A DNA stretch of 64,000 bases from Octopus sinensis (lineage: Eukaryota). How positions within the stretch are numbered: the first letter of the stretch is position 1; every line of letters starts with the position of its first letter. The stretch spans positions 50,282,001-50,346,000 of the forward strand of contig NC_043008.1 in assembly GCF_006345805.1 (NCBI RefSeq). Reading direction: 5' to 3'. Shown piece by piece: positions 25,625 through 40,256 of this stretch. The notes under the pieces were generated by a model that saw only the letters and a list, made by a program, of their open reading frames with translations, searched no databases and was not told the DNA's origin. Made by a program: the position numbers and the translations under genes.

Positions 25625-27619
25625 CTAGAAAAAAAAAAAACAGTCAAAGAATTAGTTTAACAGTAGTACATACAAAGGGATCAGCTGACAGAAACATCAA
25701 AACATTAGAAAGACCAGAAAATATTTTCTTCTTGCTCTTTATATTCAGCTCAAATCCTGGCAAGATCAACTTTGCCTTTCATCCCACCATGACTGATAAA
25801 ATTAAGCACATTCTAGTGCTGAGGTCAACGGTATTGATTAGAAATTGCTTCCCTCAAAATTACTGAATTTGTGCCTAAATTAGAAACATTTACTACATAA
25901 ACAGGCATGCATGCATGTGTGCGTGCACACACACACATGTACACTTACACATATGTGAATTTAATCATTTCATCAATTCATGAATGCTATTAATTTGTTC
26001 ATGGTATCTTGTACGCTATTCTTATTTTAATTTCAAAAATACAAAAGTCATTGAGTTATCTTTTCCTGTAAGTCTTTAAAAAAACTTACCAAAAGAAATC
26101 TCAAACCAGAGATTTTTCTCCTAAAACCCCATCACAAGTGTTGTTAAAAGTGGGGGTGACTTTTGTAACCATTGCTGTCCCTTTATTTATTAGTAAAACA
26201 AAAACAAAAAAAAGAAGACATAGTAGACATACTACTCTTCTAATATTCTAGTACCGTCATATTCCTTCTATGATGGATTCTTTAGAAAAACCACATTTAT
26301 TTGAGGGCACTTATTTGTCCATAATTCAGTTGCAATCCTAATTTGTGCAGTATATTTGTATAGAGGGCTTTCATATCCCAACTAACTAGAATTATTTCCA
26401 GGTGTGCTTTCTTTAGAAATTACATGTAAAGAATTCATACAATCTCTGATGAAAAGAGCTAATTTGCATAATGGTTTTAATGTCCAGTAGGTTACTTAAT
26501 TGTTGACTGCTTGATGTAAGACCTATAACAATTGAGCATAATTATAATTCTGGCGATTTCATAATCTTGAGATGTGATGTTAGAAGGTCATTTAAACTGC
26601 TATGAATTTCTTTAGAAATATGAATTTTGGGTAATTCACGAAATTGGATTACAGATTAAGAGAAAATTAATTGATAGAGTCAGGGTACACAAACAACAAA
26701 TCAGAGATCAATCTATTAGGAATACTCCACAGAAATGAATATTTTGACATTTATACAAATGGGAAATTTCAAGTATTCAAAATAATGGAAAATGTCAAAC
26801 AGTTACTCAAAATGGAACATTTTAGTTCAAGCTAAAACAAATCCAGCAATAAATATTGCTAATTGCCAAAATGCAGTTGTGCTGCTTAAAGAGCCAATAT
26901 GGCAGATGGAAGTGTTAACATTTTTAATCATATTCAGCCTGTGGCAATCTATTTTAATAATTTTAAAAAATATCTCTAATTTTAAAAGCTGTTTTCAAAT
27001 ACTGTTACTATAGCAGCAACATTTTTCATTCTATATGCATTTTTATATGTGTGTGTGTGTATCTGTAAGTATATGTGTGTATAGACATGCATACAAATTA
27101 TCTATCTATGAGTGTGTGTATGTATGCAGACATTTGTACACAGATTTCTCTGTCCCTCTCTCTCTCTCTCACTCTTTCTGTGAATGATGTGTGATTAGCT
27201 GTATCTGAAACATAAAGCATTTCTTCTCCAAAAGATACATTAAAATAGTAAGAAGTAAGATCGATTTTTCATATGTATATATATATATATATATTTCAAT
27301 TTCTCAGAGGAGGAGATGCAATGAAGATGACATTTGTAGGTTTAAATCATAAAACAGTGACATTGACACAACTGATGTCCCACCTGAATATTTATCCACT
27401 AGTTAATGTCTGCAAGAAAAAATATAGGTGGAGAGGGACTCAATGGTCTGTGATAGATATTTTGAGGAAAATATACTGAAGTCACCCAAAGACTAATAGT
27501 ATTAAAAACCAGATTGTGTGCATGATCTTCCACCAAACAAGAGAGAGAGAGAGAGAGAGAAGTTATATTGTAGATGACAATTCTCAAAGAAATATGTAAG
27601 AAACTAGGAATACACATAC

Positions 27620-27731
27620 GGGTAGAATTCTCTGACAATTGGAACACTGTCGCTATACTTTTTCCGGTATTCATCTGCAAATTCAAACAATTGAATAGCA
27701 TGTTGCAGCAGCTGGGTGGAGTATAGTCTAT
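27620..27731 (-). CDS. GH9 exon 5 (DRLYSTQLLQHAIQLFEFADEYRKKYSDSVPIVREFY)
   Basis: ctttAG acceptor, GTATGT donor; typical Y...LL.HA.QLF.FA..YR..YS helix. Confidence 0.94.
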
Positions 27732-27853
27732 CTAAAGGTAGAAGATGCAAAAAAGAAACAAAATATGAGTCAATGTTGTTACTCCGAGTACAAAAATTAG
27801 TTTTGATACATTGGCACAAGTAATGGTTGTGGCGGTGGTGGTGGGATAGTATA

Positions 27854-28076
27854 TACAAAGGGGTGCTAAAAAGTTCTTGGCTTTAAGGGTATCACAAAAG
27901 GCCTGGTTGGGGGCCCAACCCTGCGAGTTCTTTTACAGGGCTTAGAAAAACTGAAGGACCGCTGCAGTAAGTGTGTGAATCTGAGAAAGGAATATGTTGA
28001 ATAAAATCATAATTAACCGATCCTCCTGTATTTTCTTTTACCCAAATCCAGGAACTTTTCAGCGTCTCCTCATGTA
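27854..28076 (+). mobile_element. Non-autonomous mariner derivative (TA-flanked, ~30-bp TIRs)
   Basis: TA CAAAGGGGTGCTAAAAAGTTCTTGG ... CCAGGAACTTTTCAGCGTCTCCTCATG TA; internal GLEKLKDRCSKCVNLRKEYVE* transposase C-terminus. Confidence 0.75.
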
Positions 28077-28091
28077 TTAAGAAGGAGAGGA

Positions 28092-28318
28092 TTAACCCTT
28101 TAAGCATTCGGATTACTCTGTCAAATGTAATGTTCATTTAGTCACTTCAGTTTTAATTAATCATGCATTATCTTGTAGCTTCAAGATTTCGATGATGACT
28201 GTTTACTTTTAGAATGACATTGTAGGGTCGGCACGAGAGGTAGGATCTGGCCAGTTTGACTATAAAACAGGTGGAATATTTGGGTCGGTTATGGCTGGTT
28301 TAAATGCTAAAGGATTAA
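28092..28318. mobile_element. piggyBac-like MITE (TTAA-flanked)
   Basis: TTAA-CCCTTTAAGCATT ... AATGCTAAAGGA-TTAA; partial copies near 1520 and 34740-34850. Confidence 0.7.
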
Positions 28319-30282
28319 AGGATTATGTGATCTTCATTGTTATCTCAATTTTCTTAATGTTGTTAATAAAATGGAGAGGTTTCAATACAGAATTGAAACT
28401 GACCCACAAATTTTGCTGACAAGGGAATACATCTCTTGTTAGGCAAACTGACAAGGGGAACCTCTATGAGGTCGCTTGATTGGCTAGAAATAGCAGACAA
28501 CTATCTTCCAGATAATTTTTCATCTTTAAAGAAGACACATTTGATGATGTAGATATGAATGTAAAAAAAAAAGCAGGGCAGTCATCAATAGGAAGACTTT
28601 ACTCAATGTCTTCTCTGTCAGAGATGATCTGTGGCTTAACAACAACAACATTCATACACCATGTTCTTTCATAAAACAGCCCTAACTTCTCCAGTAATTG
28701 AGGAAAATTGTTTGGGGATATCATCTGCATGAAACATAAAAGCTGGATGTCAGCTCCCTTTGCTTTAACCTGGATTGACTGGCATTAATAATTTAGCTTC
28801 TATGTTTTCCTCTCTTCATTAGATCAGTAATATTAATTAACTGAGCATTCTTCCCTGTCCACCCTCACCACCACCACCACCACCACCACCTCATTACATC
28901 AAATACCTTAACACTCACTCAAATGAATCTCAAAATACTTTCTTCTTACATACATAACTTCACCAATAACCTTAAATGAAATTGTTGAATTCTCAACATC
29001 TCAATGTTTCTAATTACAAAGTCTGCTAACTCACTGATCCTACCAGAAGCATCTGATCCTACATTACAGAAACATTGAGTTCCTGAAAACTTTGCCACAA
29101 TCTGAATACTGGTTGAATTAATGATATAAGCTCATTACGGAGACAATGTGTCAAGACTGTTGAAAGTGCATCCTTACAATTCCTCACTGTAGGTCAGAGC
29201 ATGCAGTTAGCTAAATGGAGATATGATATAGGTAAGGCTTCTAAGGGCTGGTTTTAACTGGAACATTGGTCTAGTACTTGGAAGGTCAAGAAGAAGAGAC
29301 TGAATATTTGACAGGGGACCTCTCTAAAAAAAATGCTCCTCTTCCTAAATTCTGAGAGGCTCACAAGTACAAGAATGACAATAGGCACAGGCATGGCTGT
29401 GTGGTTGAGAAGCATGTTTCCTATAACATGGATTCAGTCCTGTGTGGGAACATAGGTGTTTCTACTAAAGTAATAGGCTGACCAATACCTTATCAGTGGA
29501 TCTGGTAGACAGAAGCTGGAAAACGTTTGTTGCATATGTGTATGTGTATATATATCATTATCATCATCATTGTTTAACGTCTATTTTCGATGCTAGCATG
29601 GGTTGGATGGTTTGACCGGGGTCTGGGAAGCCAGGGAGTTGCACCAGGCTCCAGTCTGATCTGGCAGTGTTTCTACAGCTGGATTAATATATATATATAT
29701 ATATATATAATCCTTACCATCATCGTCATCATCATTTAACATCCATCTTTGATGCTGGCATGGGTTGGATGGTTTGACCGGGGTCTGGGAAGCCAGGGAG
29801 TTGCACCAGACTCTATTGTCTGCTTTGAATGGTTTCTATGGCTGGATGCTCTTTTTAATGCCAACCACTCTGCAGAGTGTATTGGGTGTTTTTTTATGTG
29901 AAAGCAGCACCAGCAGTCATCAAGTTAACTTGCAAGGTAAAGACCCCTCAGCTGAGTGAAGGAGTGGTTGTGAGAGAAGTGGCTTTGTGCTGGTTGAGAA
30001 GTTAAAGTATAACAGAAGGATAAGGATGAACAACAGATCTCCAAGTTACGCTTAGTCATTAGGTCTTGACTACCTGCAGAATAGAAGTCTATTTGAACAT
30101 AGCTGACCTGGGCTAAATGACCACCACAACAACACCTACACTCCACCCATCACCACTACTTATACGATCGGTCAACTGTATGTCTAACTGGATTAAATCC
30201 TCATTGAGAAGCTTTATTGTTAAGAAATTAAAGTGGTCAAGTTTTCAGACAAACTATTGGACTTATGGTGTGGCAGCGGCTA

Positions 30283-30615
<333 letters not shown>

Positions 30616-31377
30616 TCAGACACACACATACATATATACATACATACATACATACATACATACATACATACATACATACATACATACATACATGCATACA
30701 TGTATATGTACATATATACATATACATACACATATACAATACACTCTTGGAGTGGTTGGCACTAGGAAGGGCATCAAGCTGTAGAAACTTTGCCAGCTCA
30801 GATTGGAGCCTGGTGCAGCCATTTGGCATGCCAGTCCTCAGTCAAACCGTCCAACCCATGCCAGCATGGAAAGCGGTTGTTAAACGATGATAATGATGAT
30901 GATGATACACATATACATTTATAAATTTACGTCTATATCTATTTGTGTGTCTTTTATCTTTGTGTTTATCCACACCACTGCTCGCCAACCAGTGCTGGTT
31001 TGTTTACATCCCTGTAATTAAGTGGTTCAGCACAAGAGACCAATAGAATTAGTACCAAGCTTAAATTATAAGTACTAAAAAAAGAAATCAACCATTTAAT
31101 ACACACATTACAAATTTAATCTGTAAGTGGAACAGTAAAAATATGCAAGATTTTCATAATGTTCAAAATGTGAACTTGTTTTTGTAATCTACATTCTAAC
31201 AATGGAGCTTTGTATCTTTGCTAGAAACCAACTCCTTCGTTATGGGAAGAGTTCAAATAATCTAAAATAGAAGAGAGCATGCATATATGCATACATATAT
31301 ACATTTAGGTTATGGTCTAGTCACCTGTATTGTAAATCAGGTGGTTCATGAAAGAGTCATACTTAATGACTGATGTA

Positions 31378-32249
31378 GCAGATTGTATGATGCCTGTGTG
31401 TGAACAGCTACACTGTATGGCAGTGGAACATGGGCTGTGACAGATGAGGTCATGCATAGGTTTGAAAGAAATGAAATCAGTATGCTTCGCCAGATGTGCA
31501 ATGTCAGTGTGCATGTTTGACAAAGTGTAAGCATCTTTAGAGAAAAGTTGGGCATAAGAGGCATCCAAATTGGTGTGCAAGAAGGATGGCTGCACTGGTA
31601 TGGTCATGTGATGCATATGGATAAGGACAGCTGTGTAAAGAAGAGCCGATCGCTAATTGTGGAGGGAACCTGTTCTAGAGGTAGACCCAGGAAGTCATGG
31701 GACAAGGTGGCGAAGCATGATCTTTGAACTTTGGGCCTCACAGTGGCAATGACTAGTGACTGAGACCTTTGGCAATACATTATGCTTGAGAAGATCATCA
31801 AACCAAGTGAAATCATAGTCATGGCTGATGTTGGTGCCACTTAACTGGCACCCATGCCAGTGGCACGTAAAAAGCACCTTACAAGCATTGGGCCTCACAG
31901 AGACAAAGTGGCTGATGCTGGTGGCACATGAAATGTTCCTCTTGAGTGTTGGGCCTCATGGAGGCAATGACAGATCTTTGGCATTATGTTGTGCTTGAGA
32001 AGAAGACTCACCAAGCCAAGTAAAATGCCAGTTATGGCAGATACTGGTGTCATACAAGTGGCACTGTGCCAGTGGCATGTAAATGCACCCATTAAATTCT
32101 TGGAGTGGTTGACATTAGGAAGGGCATCAAGCCATAGAAACCATGCCAAATTAGACTGGAGTCTGGTGCTGCCTTGCAGCTTACCAGTCCTGGTCAAACC
32201 ATCCAACCCATGCCAGCATGGACAATGGGCATTACATGATGATGATGAT
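31378..32249 (+). mobile_element. 5'-truncated RTE-clade LINE (ORF C-terminus + 3' UTR + GAT tail)
   Basis: Translation RLYDACV*TATLYGSGTW...MLRQMC...WYGHVMHM...RGRPRKSW, continuing into the AACCCATGCCAGCATGG tail. Confidence 0.8.
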
Positions 32250-32296
32250 ACATACATACGCACATACATACACATCTATCTATCTATCTATCTATC

Positions 32297-32329
<33 letters not shown>

Positions 32330-32447
32330 TATTATATATATATATATATATACATATGTATGAATATATATACATACATATATATATATATATATATATC
32401 CACACACACACAAACACATGCACACATATATATATATATATACTCAC

Positions 32448-32632
32448 CTGTACATAGAACTCATATTTCATAGTATGTGCTTTCAAGAAGTAATCTAAAG
32501 GCCATCTCACACAATCCAACATGTCTTTTATTAGACCAGTTTTTTCATAGGCCTCTCGGAATTCAACAAGGCCCCATAACAATATGGTGGTAGCACTTGC
32601 CATGGTAAACCCAAATTTCACATGGTCTCCAG
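32448..32632 (-). CDS. GH9 exon 3 (AGDHVKFGFTMASATTILLWG...FYVQ)
   Basis: accAG acceptor, GTGAGT donor; completes the DAGD catalytic-base motif. Confidence 0.96.
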
Positions 32633-33229
32633 CTGGTGAGATGAGACAAAGAAAAAAAAACAACTTATAATAACATTAAAATAAAACAAAAATTATCCAT
32701 TTAAAATGTTTACAATCATTCGCATAGACATGTAGTTCACAAAGTGATATAAATTAATTGTTGCAGCAATGACATCCATCTTTCATTCTTAACATTGTAC
32801 CTCTCCACTCATATTTTACATGAATCACCCTTCTATGCTACCAAATTATCCCTCCCTCTCTGTCACCATACATCTCTCACTTTCCTTATGCACTAGGTCT
32901 ATCTCTTCCTACACATCTTCCAACCTGCCCCTCTATCCACATATAACCCTTTCTTTCATTTTTCCTTATCTGCTGCATTATTCATTATTACAGGAGAATG
33001 ATAAGAGAAAAGGATCTGATGTGTAAGTCTATCATATTATTAGCCTTTGACTATTGTATTATTATTACTATTAAGACAGCAAATGAGCAGAATTGTTAGC
33101 ACATCAGACCAAATGGCTAGTGGCATTTCTTCCGACTCATTATGTTCTGAGTTGGATGTATTTGGTATCTCTTTCTAGCATATAGGCATGGTAGCTTATG
33201 TGCCCTTAACTATCATTATATTCTATACA

Positions 33230-33377
33230 ATTGTATCTATCTGTCTCCCCCTCCTTCTTTCTCTCCCCCTCTCTCTCCCTCTCCCTCTCTCTTTCTCTCT
33301 ATATATATATGTATGTTTATATATATGTATGTTTATATAATATATATATATATATATATAATATATATATATATGTA

Positions 33378-33409
<32 letters not shown>

Positions 33410-33432
33410 GTATATGTATATATATATATATG

Positions 33433-33498
<66 letters not shown>

Positions 33499-33500
33499 TA
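33230..33500. repeat. (CT)n/(TA)n microsatellite block
   Basis: Visible directly. Confidence 0.9.
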
Positions 33501-34156
33501 TGTCCAACCCATGCTAGCATGGAAAGCAGACGTTAAACGATGATGATGATGATATATATATATGTATGTATAGGAGACAGACACACGTATCAGTACTTTG
33601 TATGAATATGTACACACACATACAAACATTGACAGGATAGTTAATCCATTCTTCATTCTTTTCTTCTGTTTCTGTCACTAAATCTGTTATTAATTGACCT
33701 AACTGTCAGATAATTAATTAAAATAACAAATAGATGAGACAACTTAATTATGTTATTTTTAAATCGATTATCAAGTACTTTACATTTACTCCCACACACG
33801 AACACTCAATATACACACACACTTATAAATGTATGGCTGTGTGGTAAGAAGTGTGTGTGTGTATATATGTATATATACATGCACATATATATGTATATAC
33901 AAGATGGGTTTTCTCGGGCCAGCCTGAAGCTTTACATAGTTGAACAGGGTGCCACGCAGTGGGACTGAACCTGGAACCATGTGGTTGGGAACAAACTTCT
34001 TAGCACACAACCATGCCTCTGCATACACATACAAAATACACACAACACACACACACACACATATATGTGTGTGTGTATATATATATGTATATATATATGT
34101 GTATATATATATATATTATATATATATTATATGTGTGTGTGTGTGTGTGTGTGTGC

Positions 34157-34202
<46 letters not shown>

Positions 34203-36924
34203 GACACTCACTCTCATTGTTCAAATAAACTGGCTAGTTTATTTTGTCTCTTTGTCTTCTCTCCTAGTGCTGTATGAACATTTAATGTGGTTTTAGAGTT
34301 AAGTTTTAGCTGCTATTTCCAGCGTGGTGGTATTTCTTAGATACCCTAAATTATAATTTTAATAACAATTATTACCTTTGAAGGTTTTTATTCCCAAGCT
34401 GGCCACTTGATAAGATCGGCATTTAAATCAACGATCTTATCTTTATTAATATAAATATATATATATATGTAAAATACAAAGTAGAGGAAAATGAAAACGC
34501 AAATCCTAGGCAGTCAACCAAATTCTCGAACGCATAAATGAAGCTATTCAATCAATGTAATTGAATCATGTATATTTATATACATCAACATAAATCATGC
34601 ATGTGTAGGCATAAAGATTCTCCAAGGGTAGAAAGAATAAAACCAAACACATAAAAATATAGAAGAAATATAAAAGTATATAAAAACACATATAAAATCA
34701 CATATAAATAAGGATTTCAATGACATGATTGTATATTTTTAGAATGACATTATAGGGTAGGTGTGAGAGGTCAGAAGTGGCCAGTCTGAACATAAGAGAA
34801 GTAGAATATTTGGGCTTGATTTGACCAGTTTGAATGCTAAAGCATTAAATCCCATTGACAAAGAACTTCTTTTATCTAAATACCTTTGATTTTTCATTCT
34901 AAACTTTAAATTCAAAGTGTGTATGTTCAAATTCCAGCCTTGATCTTGTTTCGTTTTAAATCACAGGGACTACATTTGAACAAAAGGAAACCAATGAGGA
35001 AGCCTCTGCATGGTCATTCGACCAGCTAGAAATAGTTACTGAACCATTTTAGAAATAAACATGTTATATAATGCGTTACTAGGTCCCTAGAACACAGCAA
35101 AAAGATGGGATGGTCACGGCTGGAATGACTTTGATTATTGATTTGCTTTATGAGGTTAACCCGAGGGATAAGCAACAACAGCAACTACAATTGCCAAATA
35201 TACCTCAAACCAGACATTTCTAACTTTTAAAAAGGACACTGGATAAATTACAGAATTTGTGATTCTAAGTGAACAGGTCTTACTTCAAAGAGATATTTTA
35301 CTACTATAAAGTGAAATGAATGATCTCATAATGAGATTTTGCCATAGGTTATATATCATGCTGATAATTTCTAAAAATTATGAAATAGTGCTATAACATG
35401 AATACTACCAATGAGAAATTTTAAGAACTTTGTAATAAGTAAATGAAAAAATAAATTAAATATTTGAATTCTACACACCCTTTTCCTTATAATTCCCTAA
35501 TTTCGAATTCAAATTTTTAATACCACCAAATCATCATCATCATCGTTTAACGTCCGCTTTCCATGCTAGCATGGGTTGGACGGTTCGACTGGGGTCTGGG
35601 AAGCCAGGAGGCTGCACCAGGCTCCAGTCTGATCTGGCAGTGTTTCTACAGCTGGATGCCCTTCCTAATGCCAACAACTCCGTGAGTGTAGTGGGTGCTT
35701 TTTACATGCCGCCGACACAGGTGCCAGGCAAGGCTGGCAATGGTCACGATCGGTTGGTGCTTTTTACATGCCACCAGCACAGGTGCCAGGTGAGGTTGGC
35801 AACAGCTACAATCGGTTGGTGCTTTTTACGTGCCACCGGCACAGAGGCCAGTCGAGGCGGCGCTGGCAACGGCCATGTTTGGATGGTTCTTTTACGTGCC
35901 ACTGGCACTGGTATCGCAACTACAATTTCCATTGATTTTTGATTGATATTATAAAGAAATGATTCTCTCCCTTGTAATAACTGCATCCACAAGGGGAGCC
36001 ACATGTATTTAATTAATAGCAAATATAAAATTAGAATATCATATCTTCATTTGTAATATGTACAATGTGAAGGTCCCTGGTTAATTATAAATTTTCATTA
36101 ACCAAGCAACAAAGGGAAAAAAAGAATACGATAAGGCAAGATCATATGGTAATTTTCTGAGAATATTATTGCAGGTGTGGGACTTTTGTAAAGTCTGCAG
36201 GATTATTCATGACTTCTGTATAAATGTCTGATAAGGTGAGTTCCACTTTTAGCGTGCACTTTATGCCCAAGAAGCATTGCTGTATGGGATTGAATATTGA
36301 CAAATAGACTGGCAGACATTTCAAACAAGTTATGAATAGAAGTTTCGATCCTATGGTGCGTAGTTGCATTATTGAATATGTAAATGTATTCCTGGCTTCT
36401 TTAAAAGTGCTTCGAGGCATTACGAAAACAATTAAGATAACGAGCAATTTAAATCAGTTTGTTTCCTTTGACATTGTACTTGCCTGTGCAGTTGTTGTTT
36501 TTGTTATTGTTTTTGATTGAGGCAGAAAGCCAGTAATTTTGAGGGCGGGGGGTAAATAATTAGCATTGACCCTAGTATTTTTCTGGTACTTTATTTTATT
36601 GGCCTCTAGAAGGATGAAAGATAACGTTGACCTTGATGGGATTTGAACTCAGAATCTGAAATTCCACCCTTTTGTTCCCATTTGCCTATTGAGGTGTACT
36701 GCTTTTGTTTCAATTAATTTTTAAAATAACGAAGAATTTAGTAAAATGACTGTGTCATTATTTAGCTAGTGGTTAGAATGTGAATTAACCCAAAGTTTTT
36801 GATGGAATGTTTTAATTTAAATCATTTTAAACAGTGAGTTTGAATCATAAGAACCAGCAGAAGTCTCAGGTGGTTGGTATCAATGGGTTTAAACTAAAGT
36901 TTTCTAGATAACTTAGAATTTTCT

Positions 36925-37330
36925 TATTTCTTTATTGCCCACAAGGGGCCAAACATAGAGGGGACAAACAAGGACAGACAAAGGGATTAAGTCGATTACA
37001 TCAACCCAGTGCATAACTGGTACTTAATTTATCAACCCCGAAAAGATGAAAGGCAAAGTCGACCTCGGCAGATTTTGAACTCAGAACATAACCGCAGATG
37101 AAATACCTATTTCTTTATTACCCACAAGGGGCTAAACATAGAGGGGACAAACAAGGACAGACATAGGTATTAAGTCGATTTCATCGACCCCAGTGTGCAA
37201 CTGGTACTTAATTTATCGACCCCGAAAGGATGAAAGGCAAAGTTGACCTCGGCGGAATTTGAACTCAGAACGTAACAACAGACGTAATACGGCTACGCAT
37301 TTCGCCCGGCGTGCTAACATTTTCTGACTC
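36925..37330 (-). mobile_element. Tandem pair of SINE family A copies (GH9 intron 2)
   Basis: Two consecutive TTTCTTTATT(G/A)CCCACAAGGGG...GAAATAC units. Confidence 0.85.
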
Positions 37331-37376
37331 CCCTCAAAATCTTGTAATACACTTATAGTTCATAAATGGTATGTTA

Positions 37377-37673
<297 letters not shown>

Positions 37674-38176
37674 TTAATGGTAAAAATTTCAATTCCTTGG
37701 ATGACGTAAAAAGATACCTTGATGAATTCATCATGGAAATGTAAACTATTTAAGCATGTTTTATTTCTAAAAGTGAGGTTACAGTTTTTAAATTTGAATC
37801 TAGTTTGGTACGTATTCAGGAATAAGACACTTAATGACAATTAGCAATCAGACTGGCTGAAACATAGTGGAAGTGTAAAATGTTTGAGATAATTTTATCT
37901 CTAAAGGTGAAGTTAAAGGTTTTGAGTTCAGATCCAGTTTAGTACTAGGTACACGTTAAAAAATAAGACATCTAAAGATAACCAGAGATCAAACAGATCT
38001 AATCCTAAGGTATTTTCATCTACCTTAGGTTATAAATACTGAAATATTTTTCTTTGCTGAAGATGGAGTTAATAGTCCCAAAAATTATAATCATTATTCA
38101 CAGCAAGTGTTTAAGAAAATGAGAGAATTTTTTTTAAAACCTGACATCCTAAACTGATATGAAAATAAAGATTTAC

Positions 38177-38402
38177 CTGGAGAAAGAGTGGTTGGTCTTC
38201 TTGGTACATTTGTAGTAGCCCTTGTAGGTTTTTGAGTTAAAGGAGTTGTATGTTCAATGGTTTTGTTTTGTTTGGAATGTCTGTTGGTTTTCCAAATCGG
38301 CCTCTTCATAATAAGAAAAGGTCGAACATCAAAAAGCCCATGGGTTTCAGAGATTGAAGAGAGTAATATATACATGAAGATGAGGTATGCCAAAATGGCC
38401 AT
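38177..38402 (-). CDS. GH9 exon 1: signal peptide + basic/Thr-Pro-rich stalk
   Basis: ATG at 38402; hydrophobic MAILAYLIFMYILLSSISETHG; G|GTAAAT donor; phase 1 matches exon 2. Confidence 0.8.
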
Positions 38403-38493
38403 CGTGAATTTTGTTTTTTTTTTTGTTTTTAGAAATATCTAGTAAAGAGACAGAGGTGGGACAGACAGACAGACTGTCAAATAGATAGATAGG

Positions 38494-38536
<43 letters not shown>

Positions 38537-39646
38537 TTAGATAAGTTGATAAGAAGGTAGATAGATAGATAGATAGATAGATAGATCTTAATAAAACTTC
38601 ATGTCACATCCGTAAAATACCATTGGCATCTTCAGTCATAATAATTGTTATTAATATCCAATTTGCTTGTTTGAGACATCAGGGTCTTCGTTTTCTTTTT
38701 TGCAGAGAATGAAAAAAACTTTCAAGATATATAAAATAAATGTGAACTAAACAATACAGTCAAGGCAAACATACTGCTCAAAAGAATGTGATGTCAAAGA
38801 AGAGAGAGAGAGAGAGGGAGAGAGAAAAGAAAAAAAAGCAAACACAACAAAGTTCAGTTTCCAATAGATACACTTGTCTCTTTTGTTTGCTCACTGGGAA
38901 AGGTCACCACAAATGTCTTAATTATAATGGGACTTTTTTTTTTTACTCAAGAAAAAAAATGTGAAAAGGAGAAAGATATAGAAGGAAAGAACAAAAAAGG
39001 TGAGAAATAAAATATTATTATTATTGTTGTTGTTGTTGTTACTGACAAGTTTTTGTAAACCTTAACAACTCATTCAGAAATGTTTCTTTTATCAATAAAG
39101 AAAGAAAGAGAGAGAGAGAGTCATGTGCATACGTGCTTCAACGTTGAAAACCCAAGGTGACAAGATACTTCAAACTGAAAAAAAACGGCACCTACTGACC
39201 TCTGTATCTTGCTGTTTCAGTCTGAAGATGCAAGGAAATGGCCAGAGAAGCACAGCTAATGTCAACAGTCATGACTACAGGAAGATTTTGATCAAATTTC
39301 TCTCTGAAAATCATCTTTATTTGGAAAACCAGCCACTACCTATTTCAGAAAACCGTTTAACTGTTGTAGTTTTAGTTTCTTGTCGTTCTGCTTAATACTT
39401 CCTTGATTTTATTTCGTTTTAAATTTACTTTAGGCTTCATATAGGCATGGCTGTGTGGCTTAGATGTTCTCCTAGCAACCACAGGGTTTCAAGTTCACTT
39501 TTCTGTACAGCACCTTAGGCAAATGTCTTAATTATAATGGGACTTTTTTTTCATTTTTTTTTTTACTGAAAAAAAAAGAAAGTAAAAAGGAGATAGACAT
39601 AGAATAAAAGAACAAAAAAAAGGCGAGAAAGAAAATGTTGTTGTTG

Positions 39647-40137
39647 CAGTGGTTCCCAGAGTGGGCAGTACTGCCCCTGTGGGAGCTGTGGAGAGATTCA
39701 GGAGGCATTGAAGAGAAGTGGGGTAATAATGGAGTGACCAAAAGGGGGCAATGGATGTCAAAGCAAACAAAATAATGGGTTCTTTAGGTTAAGTCTTATT
39801 TGTGAAATACAATTGTTTTCATTCACTTTAACATTTAAGTTTAATTTGTCAAAATATTTTCATCGCTAAAATCCGCGACCTGTTCACTGACAAAAATCCG
39901 AACGGCTTTTGTGTGTTTCTTAAATGGCTTACAAACACCTTCCACGCTGCAATTGTTTTCGTTTCAGCACACGATCTCAGATCAAATCACTTGCTATGCG
40001 AGTACATCTCCATAATTGTTTTCAGTTTGTTACAAAAACTGGTTTATGTTTATGGCAGTGAGTGGTGGTGGGGGGACACTACAAATGTGGCCTGGGTGTC
40101 AAGGGGGCTGCAACTTGTAAAAGTTCAGGGACCACTG
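39647..40137 (-). mobile_element. hAT-type MITE, inverted relative to 40285-40559
   Basis: CAGTGGTTCCC / GGGACCACTG ends; both subterminal regions match the neighbouring copy in reverse. Confidence 0.7.
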
Positions 40138-40184
40138 TACTATAAACTCAGGTTGAACAATGACTTGTGAGTAGAAACCCATCA

Positions 40185-40250
<66 letters not shown>

Positions 40251-40256
40251 CACACT

